Numbered from the stretch's first letter, positions 1-10,084 are shown. The stretch is 64,000 nucleotides of DNA from an uncultured delta proteobacterium (GCA_963790475.1 CAWBOS010000015.1:480001-544000), one strand, 5' to 3'. Made by a program: numbers and translations. Notes: a model not told the origin generated them from the sequence alone.

Positions 1-592
1 ACGACACCCCGCATTTGGCGGGATCTGTGTGCCCGGATCTTATGCCGAGCCAGGCCGAATCCGCGGTAAGAAATCGATCCCGCGGTACATCGCAGGGATC
101 GAAGGGAACGCCGAAGTGCCTGCGCACACTTGAAGTCAGCTCCGGATCCATCAACCGCCAGCCAGTCCCGTGCCAGTACTCAGTGACCCAGTGGTCGTCA
201 TAGAAACCCGGATCGAAATAGTCGGCGAATCCGACCCTTAAACGGGCAGGTATCCCTTGGTGACGAAAGTTGCTGCAGGCCAGGAGCGCGTAATGACGGC
301 AAACACCGATGAGCCGCTTCTCCGGGATTCGTTTCTTGTCCAGCGATCCGGAGTCCCGCGACAGGATACGCCTTAACATCTCAGGCAAATGCCTGCTTTC
401 GGCGTCATCAACGCTCTCAGGCGGGCTAACGATACCGGCCGGTTCGACAAAGGCCTTGTGCAATACCAGCCCGCCGACGGCATCCAGAACACCCTTAGGA
501 TCTTTCGGCAAGGGATCGAGAAGTTGGCGCAGGTCTCCGGGATCAGACTCGATGCTATGGCTGCTGTAATAACGTCTTTCCTCTGGTGTCAT
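1..592 (-). CDS. Transglutaminase-like domain protein (partial, runs off window start)
   Basis: Not in ORF track. Manual minus-strand translation gives MTPEERRYYSSHS...LIGVCRHYALL...GIPARLRVGFADYF...DHWVTEYW...WRLMDPE, with the Cys/His/Asp pattern of transglutaminase-like proteins. AGGAGG RBS at ~599-604. Confidence 0.8.
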   Translation of the reverse strand, partial: MTPEERRYYSSHSIESDPGDLRQLLDPLPKDPKGVLDAVGGLVLHKAFVEPAGIVSPPESVDDAESRHLPEMLRRILSRDSGSLDKKRIPEKRLIGVCRHYALLACSNFRHQGIPARLRVGFADYFDPGFYDDHWVTEYWHGTGWRLMDPELTSSVRRHFGVPFDPCDVPRDRFLTADSAWLGIRSGHTDPAKCGVS

Positions 593-630
593 TGTCATCC
601 TCCTCTAAAACTCTCATTCCCCTATAAGGA

Positions 631-2049
631 TTATCCGGTTCGGCGGCGGAGGTATTTGTAGTATTGAAGGGCATTTCTCAAGGCCTGGGCGCACCGCTCG
701 AAGGAAAGAAAAACCGGGATGCCCATACCCTGCAAGTTGAACATGATATCTTTTATTTCCTTTTCGGCATCGGGATTATAGAGCATGGACACAACCATCA
801 GGGGTTTGGAGTTTCTTTTCTTGACACTGTCCAATAGGTCCCTGGCCCCTTTCATTTGTTCGGGTGTGAAATGCCACCCCGGTTTCGTGGAAACAAAATA
901 AACCAGATTGTCAATATGGGGATCCTGGGCGACGATATCCATAACCCGTTTCATATCCCTTCGAACCGGTCCGGCGGAATCGATGGGATTACGGTAACTG
1001 CCTCCCACGGGTCCGAAGAAGGTCTCCAGTTCATCATAGGATTCCTGGGTAAGCTGGGGCACATTCAGCCCGGATTCGGCAAAAATGTCGGTGGCGGTCA
1101 CGGAGTGGCCTCCCGGCCCTCCGGCAATGGCCACCCTTTTTCCTTGAATAGCGGGAAGAAAGAGTAAGGCCTTCAGGGTATCGATCAGTTCCTCCAGGCT
1201 GGTCACCTGCAGGGCTCCACATTGATTGATTGCCGAATCCCAGATGTCCCTGGACGAGGCCAGGGACCCGGTGTGGGAGGCCGTGGCCCGCCCGCCTTCC
1301 TCCGTTCGTCCGCCCTTCCAGAGGACCACCGGTTTTCGAGCGGCCACCTCCTTCAATACGGAAAGAAAATGACGGCCGTTCTTCACCCCTTCCAGATACA
1401 TGCCGATGCCCTTGATTTCCGGGTCCTGGCCGAAATACTCCAGGAAATCCGGTGAATCCACCACTACTCCATTGCCGAAGCTCACCGATTTGTTGATGTC
1501 CAACCCCTGATCATGACCGTCCAGGCTGAAGGCAATGGCAATGCTCCCGCTCTGAGAAATAAAGCCCAGGGGACCGGAAGCACCAGTATATTGCTCGGCG
1601 CTCTGTTTTATCCCCACCCGGGGATTGAACAGCCCCATGCAATTGGGACCGATGAGATGAAACCCGGCCTTTTCCGCCTTTTTCACCAGCCGTCGTTCCA
1701 GGATCATTCCTTCTTCGGTATTGGTTTCAGAAAAACCGGCACTGAAGAAATGGGCCGCAGCCACATCCTTGCGAATGCAGTCATCCAGAACTCCGACAGT
1801 CACATTTCTGGGTACAGCGACAATAGCCAGGTCCACAGGTTCGGGAATATCGACCAGGCTGGGGTAATTTTCGATCCCCAGCGCCTTGATATCCTCAAAA
1901 GATTTGGGATTGAGATGGACGGAATAAAGTTTTCCCTTAAACGATTGGTGAGCTTTCAGCCAGTTGAAGTTATTACTTTTGCTGTCCCCGACCACGGCCA
2001 CCACCCGTGGATTAAAGGCTCGATGCAATTTATCGAAATCGACTTTCAT
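631..2049 (-). CDS. Acyl-CoA synthetase (NDP-forming) alpha-like, CoA-binding protein
   Basis: GPNCMG, SQSG, SFGN and ASHTGSLA (phospho-His) motifs. Confidence 0.85.
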   Translation of the reverse strand: MKVDFDKLHRAFNPRVVAVVGDSKSNNFNWLKAHQSFKGKLYSVHLNPKSFEDIKALGIENYPSLVDIPEPVDLAIVAVPRNVTVGVLDDCIRKDVAAAHFFSAGFSETNTEEGMILERRLVKKAEKAGFHLIGPNCMGLFNPRVGIKQSAEQYTGASGPLGFISQSGSIAIAFSLDGHDQGLDINKSVSFGNGVVVDSPDFLEYFGQDPEIKGIGMYLEGVKNGRHFLSVLKEVAARKPVVLWKGGRTEEGGRATASHTGSLASSRDIWDSAINQCGALQVTSLEELIDTLKALLFLPAIQGKRVAIAGGPGGHSVTATDIFAESGLNVPQLTQESYDELETFFGPVGGSYRNPIDSAGPVRRDMKRVMDIVAQDPHIDNLVYFVSTKPGWHFTPEQMKGARDLLDSVKKRNSKPLMVVSMLYNPDAEKEIKDIMFNLQGMGIPVFLSFERCAQALRNALQYYKYLRRRTG

Positions 2050-2070
2050 GCCGAACTCCCTTTTTCATCA

Positions 2071-4030
2071 TAGGCGCTTAGTGAATCAACATCGACAAAA
2101 TTTTGTCGATAATATTATGCTGCCATTTTATAAATTTCAAAAATTTGTTGCATCTCATGTTGGATATTTTTGTAATGAATATCGATAGTAGAGAAGTTTC
2201 CAGGTTTTGGTCCGGGATGATGCTTTTCAGCGCCAGCGAGCAGAGGAATCAATATTTTTTCCCGCAGAACAAGGACAGCCGTCATCGAACGCAAGCCCAC
2301 CGGGGTGGCCATATAACAGCGCGAATGGCCGATCATTTGAACCAGATCTTTACCTCTAAACTTTTTCAAGTCATAAGAAGCCTGCCGAGCCTGATACCGG
2401 CTCTGCGGGATTCTGAGAATTTCCCGGACTTTTTCTGCCAGATTCGCAGCCGTAAATCCACGGGGATGGATAGAAAGAGCAATAACAGCTTCCATGACCG
2501 CCCGGATACGAGGCCGATTGATATCGACCCCTCCCACGGAGGTGGCTCCAACCTTAGAGGGCAGAGGCCACTTCTCCAAGGTACCGTTATCAATAAAAGA
2601 AACATCGACCCCGTTCAGAACGGTGAGGAATCTTTCCAGGACTTCTTTAAGGGATTCGCAGATCTGTGGGAAACGATCGATCCGTTTTCCGCAACGCAAC
2701 TGACTCGTATTGTGAATAATAACCTCGGTTCGGAGAACCCTTTCGCCTTTGCTATACATCTTGACCGTCATTTTTCCAAAATGGATTTTGAAGATCGTCA
2801 GATCATAGACAGGTCTCTCGACCGTGATCTCGAATCGAGGCAACGGTTTCTTGCCGTGATGACTGAATGGCCGGTGTCGATAGCCAAAAATAGTTCGAAC
2901 CGTCTTGAGATTCAAAGGGGCTCTGGTTCGATCGATCAAGCCCTGGAACACCTGATCCAAAGTTCGGCCTCGGTTAAAAAGCAGATTGCGGCTATACTCC
3001 ATCTGATAAACAGAATAACTGTAATGGAAGCCACTGGCTTTCTGCTCCGAAAGATCCAAGGCAAAACAAAGACAGGCCGAATAAATCCATTGATCGCAGG
3101 TCCGAACCAGACGCCCTACAGAGCACGAGGCCCTCATGGTATCCGCGATGTGGTCCAGACCTGCGCTATCGGTCACTGCCGTAAAGCAGTTACCTTCTTT
3201 AGTAAAGACAAGCCCTTGTTTCATGGCCTGACGGGATAGATATTCATGTCCGTTCAGGATGATCTGGGCATTAAAAGGAGGATGGGGACAGAGTTTGATG
3301 GTCAGATGTCCCCATTCCGGATCCATTATGTGGAACGAATAATGGTTGACATAGGGGTAAGGGGTCTTGGTGGAAATGTTACTGATCCCCCCGCTTTTAG
3401 ATCGCTGAATGTGGAAAAGGGGTGCCGGAGCAATCCCGGCCAGAATACAAAATACACCCCGAAAGTTCGGATCCCCGGGAATATATTGCTCGGCCACCTC
3501 GTGCTTTCGTTCACCGCGCTGGCAATGGATCAAGGGAATACCTTCTTTCTTAGCATAGGCATGAATCCGTCGGCTGAGTCGTCCGGCAAAACGCATCAGG
3601 TTGGTATCATTCAGATCGTTATCTGTTCCCTTCAAGGCCCGCCACCAGGTTCTAAATCCTCCAGGGGACTGGCCAAAAATGAAATAGGCATTGAGCACAA
3701 TACGATCAATACAATCATAAATGCCGTCAAGGTAGTCTTGATATTGCTTGCAAAATTCATCTGCCATGATCATCGGTCTTTCCCTGGTCGATCTTTTGAT
3801 ATGGAGGGCTCCCCAGTCATTGCCGGGGCCCCTTCTCGGCGGCTGCGAGAATGGGCCCCTGAGCGGCTCGTCGGAGCAGCCGCCTCAATTAGAGGTTCTT
3901 TTACAGCTAATATCGGGGCTACCCCTTAAGGGAAAGACCAGATTAAAGACTCCGGGCTTTTAAGTCAACTGCCCTGTTAGGGGCCACCTCTTCCGGGGAA
4001 CTCCCGGACGAGGCGTAGAATCTTATTAGG
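2071..4030 (-). mobile_element. Putative IS-like element, boundaries approximate
   Basis: Perfect 20-bp palindrome ATCGACAAAATTTTGTCGAT at 2091-2110 just past the stop; GC-rich hairpin leader at 3800-4020; TAGG at both 2071-2074 and 4027-4030. Confidence 0.45.
2115..3773 (-). CDS. Putative transposase/replication-initiator-like protein of an unclassified mobile element
   Basis: 552 aa; KMYSK...LRTE motif; C-terminal wHTH-like SYDLKKFRGKDLV segment; inserted between metabolic genes; flanked by a palindrome and a structured leader. Confidence 0.55.
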   Translation of the reverse strand: MIMADEFCKQYQDYLDGIYDCIDRIVLNAYFIFGQSPGGFRTWWRALKGTDNDLNDTNLMRFAGRLSRRIHAYAKKEGIPLIHCQRGERKHEVAEQYIPGDPNFRGVFCILAGIAPAPLFHIQRSKSGGISNISTKTPYPYVNHYSFHIMDPEWGHLTIKLCPHPPFNAQIILNGHEYLSRQAMKQGLVFTKEGNCFTAVTDSAGLDHIADTMRASCSVGRLVRTCDQWIYSACLCFALDLSEQKASGFHYSYSVYQMEYSRNLLFNRGRTLDQVFQGLIDRTRAPLNLKTVRTIFGYRHRPFSHHGKKPLPRFEITVERPVYDLTIFKIHFGKMTVKMYSKGERVLRTEVIIHNTSQLRCGKRIDRFPQICESLKEVLERFLTVLNGVDVSFIDNGTLEKWPLPSKVGATSVGGVDINRPRIRAVMEAVIALSIHPRGFTAANLAEKVREILRIPQSRYQARQASYDLKKFRGKDLVQMIGHSRCYMATPVGLRSMTAVLVLREKILIPLLAGAEKHHPGPKPGNFSTIDIHYKNIQHEMQQIFEIYKMAA

Positions 4031-4087
4031 ATCAACCAAGAATTTTCCTATATCATTTTATGCATCTAAAATTTCAAACGGGTTTGG

Positions 4088-4828
4088 CTAATGTTCTTTA
4101 TTCCATTCAACGGCCACAATTCTATTTCCGTTAACCTGCGCCGCTTCGTCAGAGGCCAGATAAATGGCGGCCGGGGCCATGACCTCCGGTTTTAAAAGCC
4201 CGGAGAGCTGTTCTTTGGAAATTTTTGCCGGGACCATCCCGGTAAGGGTCGCACCGCCCGGCAGGAGCATATTTAAAGTGACCCCGGTCCCTTCCAATTC
4301 TTTAGACCAGATGGTGCTCATGGATTCCAGGGCCGCCTTGGAAGGACCATAAGGACTGAAGCCCTTCCGCCTCATAGTCCGTTCATGAACAGAAATATTA
4401 ATAATACGACCCCATTTTTGTTCTAACATAATGGGAACTACGGCCCGGGTCATTAGAAAAACGCCATTGATATTAGTGTCGATGATCATCCTCCATATCT
4501 CGGGATCCGTTTTCCAAAAAAAGGCCGGAGTCGTTGTAAAATCCTCACTGACATATTTCATGCCTCGGGCCGCATTATTGACCAGAATATCAATCCTTCC
4601 GTACTTAGACAGGGTGGTCTTGACCACGTTGGACACATCCTCTATTTTGGTGACATCGGCCTGAACGGCAGTACCACCGGTCAGGGAGGCGACCTCTTGA
4701 ATCTCATTCCATTCCCGGGCGGCAGTCACAATAAGTCGAGCCCCCTCTTGGGCATAGGCTAAGGCCATCGCCCGGCCGATGCCCCTGCCGCCGCCGGTGA
4801 TGATAGCCACTTTTTCCTTCAGTTTCAT
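4088..4828 (-). CDS. SDR family oxidoreductase
   Basis: TGGGRGIG, NNA and YGPSK motifs. Confidence 0.92.
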   Translation of the reverse strand: MKLKEKVAIITGGGRGIGRAMALAYAQEGARLIVTAAREWNEIQEVASLTGGTAVQADVTKIEDVSNVVKTTLSKYGRIDILVNNAARGMKYVSEDFTTTPAFFWKTDPEIWRMIIDTNINGVFLMTRAVVPIMLEQKWGRIINISVHERTMRRKGFSPYGPSKAALESMSTIWSKELEGTGVTLNMLLPGGATLTGMVPAKISKEQLSGLLKPEVMAPAAIYLASDEAAQVNGNRIVAVEWNKEH

Positions 4829-5114
4829 CGTCTCCTCCAGGGATTATTTTATTCAAGACCTAGAATTTTTTGATAGGAAAAGAGTATAGGATGGAGAAGA
4901 AATGAGAGTCAAGGGGAAAAGCAGATGGAAAAGAGTTGACGCCCCTTACAGATCTTCCTATACTTCTCCTGCCCATAAGGAAATCGTGATTGGCTCTTTT
5001 TCAAGAACTGGTGATGATAGAAGTATTGGAGGGTTAGAGTCCGCTCCGGGCGGGCTTGATCCTTGAATCCTTGAAGCTTTTTTCAGCAGAACTACCGGAG
5101 GGGGTAAAATTGAA

Positions 5115-5519
5115 ATGAGTCTGGAATCGGATTTTGAGTCCATCCCGATCGGATTCGATCTGGGAGAATGGGAAATGATCCTGGACGAGAAGACGGTCAA
5201 TGGCCATGCGGATCTTATGCAATGGCAGTCCCGGGAGGTTATCGATAAACTGCATTGTGCCCCGCCGGGGATTTCCATCGGAATACACCCGCGGATGCAA
5301 TTCGCCAAGTTTACTTTTTTACGTTCGGCCATTTGGGCCAAGAGCGAGCATGAATTTCTAAAACCTTTTAAGATCGGTACCAGGATCAGCATTCGAGGCA
5401 GGATAGTCGATAAGTTTGTCAAGCGGGGACGGTTCTACAAAGTAGCTGAGTTTGAGACCCTGGATGAAAACGGCCAGGTTTTAATGAGAAGCCGGGAGAC
5501 GGGCATTAATGTCGAATAA
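5115..5519 (+). CDS. Hotdog-fold/MaoC-like protein
   Basis: SEHEFLKPFKIG...GRIVDKFVKRGR pattern; paired with the downstream MaoC gene. Confidence 0.65.
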   Translation: MSLESDFESIPIGFDLGEWEMILDEKTVNGHADLMQWQSREVIDKLHCAPPGISIGIHPRMQFAKFTFLRSAIWAKSEHEFLKPFKIGTRISIRGRIVDKFVKRGRFYKVAEFETLDENGQVLMRSRETGINVE

Positions 5520-5528
5520 TTGAGACCG

Positions 5529-5656
5529 TTGAAAAATGTCCCCTTTTGCTCAATCTCTGCGTCAGACTCAAATTTCAATCCTCGAAATATTTCATATATT
5601 CCTCCGGTTGAAATTTTCGCCTTCCTGGATCTTAACCAAAATTGAACATTTTTCCA
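5529..5656. repeat. ~130-bp MITE-like repeat, copy 1
   Basis: Similar to 48015-48156 (shared TTTTGCTCAATCTCTGCGTCAGACTCAAATTT core); imperfect terminal inverted repeats. Confidence 0.8.
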
Positions 5657-5677
5657 TGCTATTTGGGGAGAAAAGTG

Positions 5678-6070
5678 ATGAATAAAGAAAATATACAAAC
5701 CGGACAAGAGATTCCCGGTCTATCCAAAACCGCTTTCACGCCGATCGAAGAAGACGCGCGCAATCCGATCCATACCGATGAATACGCCCGGAAACACGGG
5801 ATGCGGGGGGCGCTGGTTCCCGGGTCTACCCTGCTCAGTTATATGCTGGAGATGCTTTACAACGCTTTTGAAGAAAAATGGCTGGTCTTCGGAAAGATCA
5901 AGATCTCCTTTGTCGGAGGAGGGGCTTTAAACGGAGATCAGGTAACCGTTCATGGGAAAGTAAAATTGATTGAAACCCAGGAAGCTGGTGACCGGGTTAC
6001 GCTGGACCTGTTGATGGAAAACCAGGAGGGCGTCAAGATCATGGTCGGCGAGGCGAGCTGTCTCATGTAA
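5678..6070 (+). CDS. MaoC family dehydratase
   Basis: NPIHTD...A...G...VPG hydratase motif; ATG at 5678 after GGGGAG. Confidence 0.85.
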   Translation: MNKENIQTGQEIPGLSKTAFTPIEEDARNPIHTDEYARKHGMRGALVPGSTLLSYMLEMLYNAFEEKWLVFGKIKISFVGGGALNGDQVTVHGKVKLIETQEAGDRVTLDLLMENQEGVKIMVGEASCLM

Positions 6071-6626
6071 TCTAAAAACATTTAAGTTACTATTACAAGG
6101 GCAGTAAAATATATAAGAATTGTAATTCTTAGAATAACGGAATCGATCAAAAATGATCTCGAAAAAATAAAGGAAAGCCTATTTCCGTCATTCCTCTTCT
6201 ATGTTGAAAAGCAAGTCTTTTTTATAGAGGATAAGTTTTATGGTTTTTAGTTTTTCAAAGAGAAACCTTGGTATGGATGACTGCCTGTGTATTTCTCTGC
6301 CAATTTGAGTATCCGCAAGAGTCCACACCGGCAGTCATCCATACCAAGGCCAATTCTCGCAATCTTCCCTCTTACCGAAGGAGAGGGCGTGAAAGTCGAT
6401 CCGTCGAATAATTTAGAACAATTTTTTAGAGTTGAGCCAATTTTTAAAATCAATCTTCTATCAGCAGACATGTCCTAACGGATAGCTGCAGTACCTTGAT
6501 TATATTTTAAAACGTGGGCACGGAGTCTGGCGAAGAGCAGACATCATCTGACAATGCGCTGCAGGAATGACACACCGTTTGCCCACGAACCCGATTTATC
6601 GGATTGGTTGCCCCTCAGTCCGGTTA

Positions 6627-6890
6627 TCATTGAACTACGCCCGGAACATATTCCGCTTGGTTCTTTAACACATAGCGAATGCGGTTCAGGAGCCTTCGAG
6701 CGATCTTAACGATGGCTTTTGTTTCACGCATCCGTTGGCCATATTCATTAAAGGCCAGGAGCAGTACCGGATCTTTGCGGGCGGCCACCCAGGCCGCTTC
6801 GATCAGTACGGCTCTTAATTGGGAATTCCGCCGAAAGGACGTAAATCGATTGACCAGAGAAATCCAATTTGCTAACATATTCCATGGCAT
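6627..6890 (-). pseudogene. IS110-family transposase C-terminal fragment
   Basis: NSQLRAVLIEAAWVAARKDP...KAIVKIARRLLNRIRYVL is typical of IS110 C-termini; N-terminal part missing. Confidence 0.8.
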
Positions 6891-7002
6891 ATTACGAGAT
6901 TATCAGTAACAACGCTATCCCGAAATTAAACTTTCTTAAGTTTCGATCCGAGCTTACTTAAAACTTTATTTGCCGGAGTAATATTTCAAAGGAGGTTCAT
7001 CC

Positions 7003-7917
7003 ATGTCCAAACTGATGCAGGATACTACCTTCCATTTTACCGATCCTGACGGATTCCAGGTCTTTGTTCGTCAATGGGTGCCGCCTGTCGGTTTAAACCC
7101 CAAGGCCGTAGTCCAGATCGCCCACGGCGCGGCTGAACACAGCCTGCGGTATGAACGGGTGGGAAAGTTCCTTAATAACGCTGGGTACCTGGTCTATGCC
7201 AATGACCACCGCGGCCATTGGAAAACGGCCGGTTCCCTGGATCAGGCCGGCATAGCCGGCATCGACGGTTGGAACGGAATCGTTAGAGACGCCAAACAAC
7301 TGACCGACATCATCAAGAAGGAAAATCCGGGACTACCCGTCTTTTTGTTCGGCCACAGCATGGGCTCTTTGCTTTCTCAGCATTATATCCAGCGCTGGGG
7401 AAGCGGGCTTAAGGGTGTTGTGCTGTGCGGCTCTTCGGGGGCGCGCCCGGATTTGGAGAAGAATATATCATCCTTAGAGAAGCTGCCCCGGGAAGATATC
7501 TCCAAAGCCATGTTCAGGGATGTTAACAAGCGCTTCGAGCCGGGCCGGACCGGCTTTGAATGGCTCAGCCGGGATGAGGCCGAAGTGCAGAAATACGTGG
7601 ATGATCCCTGGTGCGGCTTTCCGTTCACCTTTGGCTTTTCATTGGATTTACTCAAAGGAATAGTGGAAGGCTGGAAGCCGGAAAACGAAGCCCTCATCCC
7701 CAGGGATCTGCCGGTTTCTATTATTTCCGGTGACGATGATCCGGCGGCGGGAGAGAACGCGGCTAATTTAAAGTTGCTGATCGATCGTTATAAGGCCTTG
7801 GGCCTTAAGGACTTAACGGCCCAGCTGTATCCGGGGGCGCGTCATGAGATCCTCAATGAAACCAACCGCGATGAGGTGCATCGGGATTTACTGGCCTGGT
7901 TCGATTCCCATTTGTGA
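7003..7917 (+). CDS. Alpha/beta hydrolase (lysophospholipase-like)
   Basis: HGAAEH, DHRGH, GHSMG and ARHEILNE motifs. Confidence 0.9.
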   Translation: MSKLMQDTTFHFTDPDGFQVFVRQWVPPVGLNPKAVVQIAHGAAEHSLRYERVGKFLNNAGYLVYANDHRGHWKTAGSLDQAGIAGIDGWNGIVRDAKQLTDIIKKENPGLPVFLFGHSMGSLLSQHYIQRWGSGLKGVVLCGSSGARPDLEKNISSLEKLPREDISKAMFRDVNKRFEPGRTGFEWLSRDEAEVQKYVDDPWCGFPFTFGFSLDLLKGIVEGWKPENEALIPRDLPVSIISGDDDPAAGENAANLKLLIDRYKALGLKDLTAQLYPGARHEILNETNRDEVHRDLLAWFDSHL

Positions 7918-8637
7918 GGTGATGATCTCAGGTCGGGATGATTTCCTCAAGGCCTGCTTATTTCTAAATCGGTATTACCGGGAAATCGATAAAGGAAGCC
8001 TGTCCGATTGATAAAATGTCCTTGGGACAAGATGAAAGGGGCAAGGGGAAAGGGGAAACCTATGCTTTATAGGCCGTTGATAGAATTTGCCCCGATCTAA
8101 GAGCAAAAGGTATATTAACTGTAATGTTGTTTTTCAATTTTGGCTCTTTATACAACATTACAAACGATAATCAATTTTTATAGTCCAGACCCGAAAAATC
8201 CCTTTTTCTTCAGAAGACCCCCTTAATCTCCTTGTCCTTCGCCCTGTTTTTCGCCTTGATTCTGTCTTTTTCTTGTCTTATACTCGTTCCATTGAAAAGA
8301 AAGTTCAATATCTCACGGGATTGAACAAAAAGATTTTCTCAGCGACCTTTGCACCTTGTAGTGAACATTAACTCTCTTTCCATATAACTAATATTTTGCC
8401 TTTCTTCGTTATTTGTGAAGTTAACATTTCCTTACATTTTGAAGTAAGTTGCCTGGCCAAAAGGCTGGTCGAAGTGATAGCTGAGCAGATATTCCTTTTT
8501 CTGAATGGTTAAATAACCAGTCCTTATTTTTTTTAATAAGAAATCTGCTTTAAAGAAAATAAAAGGGAGAGAGGGTCAAGGACAAGCCTGACCCCTTCGC
8601 TAATACCCCATTTATTTAAACGAAGAGGAGTTTTTCC

Positions 8638-9975
8638 ATGAAAGATGAGGGAAAAACAAATAAACAGATTGTTGATGAGCCTATTTCATCACGCAAGCAG
8701 ATCGCCAAAATTGAAAAATCCACAGAAAAACTTAAGCAAGCCGAAGAAACCCTGAAGCAAAAGGAATTACTGTTTAACAAGTTTGTGGAGTCATCTCCGA
8801 TCGCCATGCTGTTGCTGGATGGCGTTCCTCCACAAATTAAATATACCAACACTAGGTTTGCCAGGCTTTTTGGATATTCCGCTGATGATATTCCTGATAT
8901 TGACCACTGGTGGTCACTGGCCTTTCCCGATCCTGCCTATCGTAAAGAGGTTAGGGCGGCGTGGAATAGAAAGTTTAAAGAAGTATCGATTACCCAATTT
9001 GAATATAAGCCGGTTGAAAGGGTTGTTACCTGCAAAGACGGCTCTCAGAAACACATTGAATTCCGGACGGTTTCTATTGGGACGACCTATCTCTCCTTTG
9101 GGATAGATATTACCGAACGCAAGCGGGCGGAAGAGGAGTCCAAGGAGAAAGAAGAACGCTTCAATGCCCTGTTCAACCGCTCGTTTGACTGCGTATATAT
9201 CCATGATTTTAACGGTCATCTATTGGACGCCAATCCTGCCCTCCTAGATCTTCTGGAATATAAAAGGGAAGAGGCGGCTTCCATGAATCTTGGAGCTCTA
9301 ATCGACAAGAAACAGCGCGAAAAGGCGCTTAAAGTCATTAAAGAGCTAAAGCAGACAGGTTCTCAACGACCGTTGACTGAATATCAATTAAGATGCAAAG
9401 ACGGCAAACAGGTCTATATGGAAACAAAAGCCTCCGTTATTTACAGGGATAACAAACCCTATGCGATCCTGGGTATCGGTCGTGACATCACAGAGCGAAA
9501 AAAGGCCGAAGCATTATTGAGAAAAAAGACAAAGGCACTGCAGCTGCATTCGATTAAGCTCCATGAACTCAACACCACACTAAAGGTGCTCTTGAAGCAA
9601 CGGGAGGAAGACAAGAGGGAATTGGAAGAGAAGGTCATGGCAAACGTCAAGGAACTTCTTCTGCCCTATCTGGAGGAACTGAACAAAGGCCGACTGGATT
9701 CCAAGAGTAAAGTGCAGGTCAGCATTCTTGAAACAAATCTGAAGAATATCGTCTCCCCCTTCACACATAGGCTATCCTCCAAGTACTCGGGGTTTACCCC
9801 CCGAGAGATACAGGTCGCCAATCTCATCAGACAGGAGAAATCCACCAAGGAGATCGCCGAATACATGGGGGTCTCCCGGAGTGCCATCAACCTTTACCGG
9901 AATAACATCCGGAGAAAACTGGGTATCATTTCCAAGAAGATCAACCTCAAATCTCACCTGATGTCCCTTTCATAA
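8638..9975 (+). CDS. PAS domain / LuxR-type HTH transcriptional regulator
   Basis: Two PAS domains ending in DITERK; C-terminal FTPREIQVA...STKEIA HTH. Confidence 0.88.
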   Translation: MKDEGKTNKQIVDEPISSRKQIAKIEKSTEKLKQAEETLKQKELLFNKFVESSPIAMLLLDGVPPQIKYTNTRFARLFGYSADDIPDIDHWWSLAFPDPAYRKEVRAAWNRKFKEVSITQFEYKPVERVVTCKDGSQKHIEFRTVSIGTTYLSFGIDITERKRAEEESKEKEERFNALFNRSFDCVYIHDFNGHLLDANPALLDLLEYKREEAASMNLGALIDKKQREKALKVIKELKQTGSQRPLTEYQLRCKDGKQVYMETKASVIYRDNKPYAILGIGRDITERKKAEALLRKKTKALQLHSIKLHELNTTLKVLLKQREEDKRELEEKVMANVKELLLPYLEELNKGRLDSKSKVQVSILETNLKNIVSPFTHRLSSKYSGFTPREIQVANLIRQEKSTKEIAEYMGVSRSAINLYRNNIRRKLGIISKKINLKSHLMSLS

Positions 9976-10084
9976 TATCAGTTATTTACTGATATTATTA
10001 TGGTAATAATTTGTTAATATTATTTTCAGGCAAACCCCGTCCTAGAGCTCCTCTGAACATGAATTTCATTTAAACCAGTATAAT

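Noticed and set aside
2103-3239. 378-aa plus-strand ORF (also 32845-33981, 60584-61501 and 18019-18723)
   Set aside because: Antisense shadows of better-supported genes; no recognisable motifs.
3800-3890. HDV-like, hammerhead or hairpin ribozyme reading of the shared motif (GAAUGGG, CCGACGAG, AGAA/GUC look-alikes)
   Set aside because: I could not build the required P1/P3 pseudoknot or the catalytic cores in both copies.
7920-8637. Riboswitch in the long intergenic region before the PAS-LuxR gene
   Set aside because: Only an isolated hairpin (~8563-8598); no aptamer consensus recognised.
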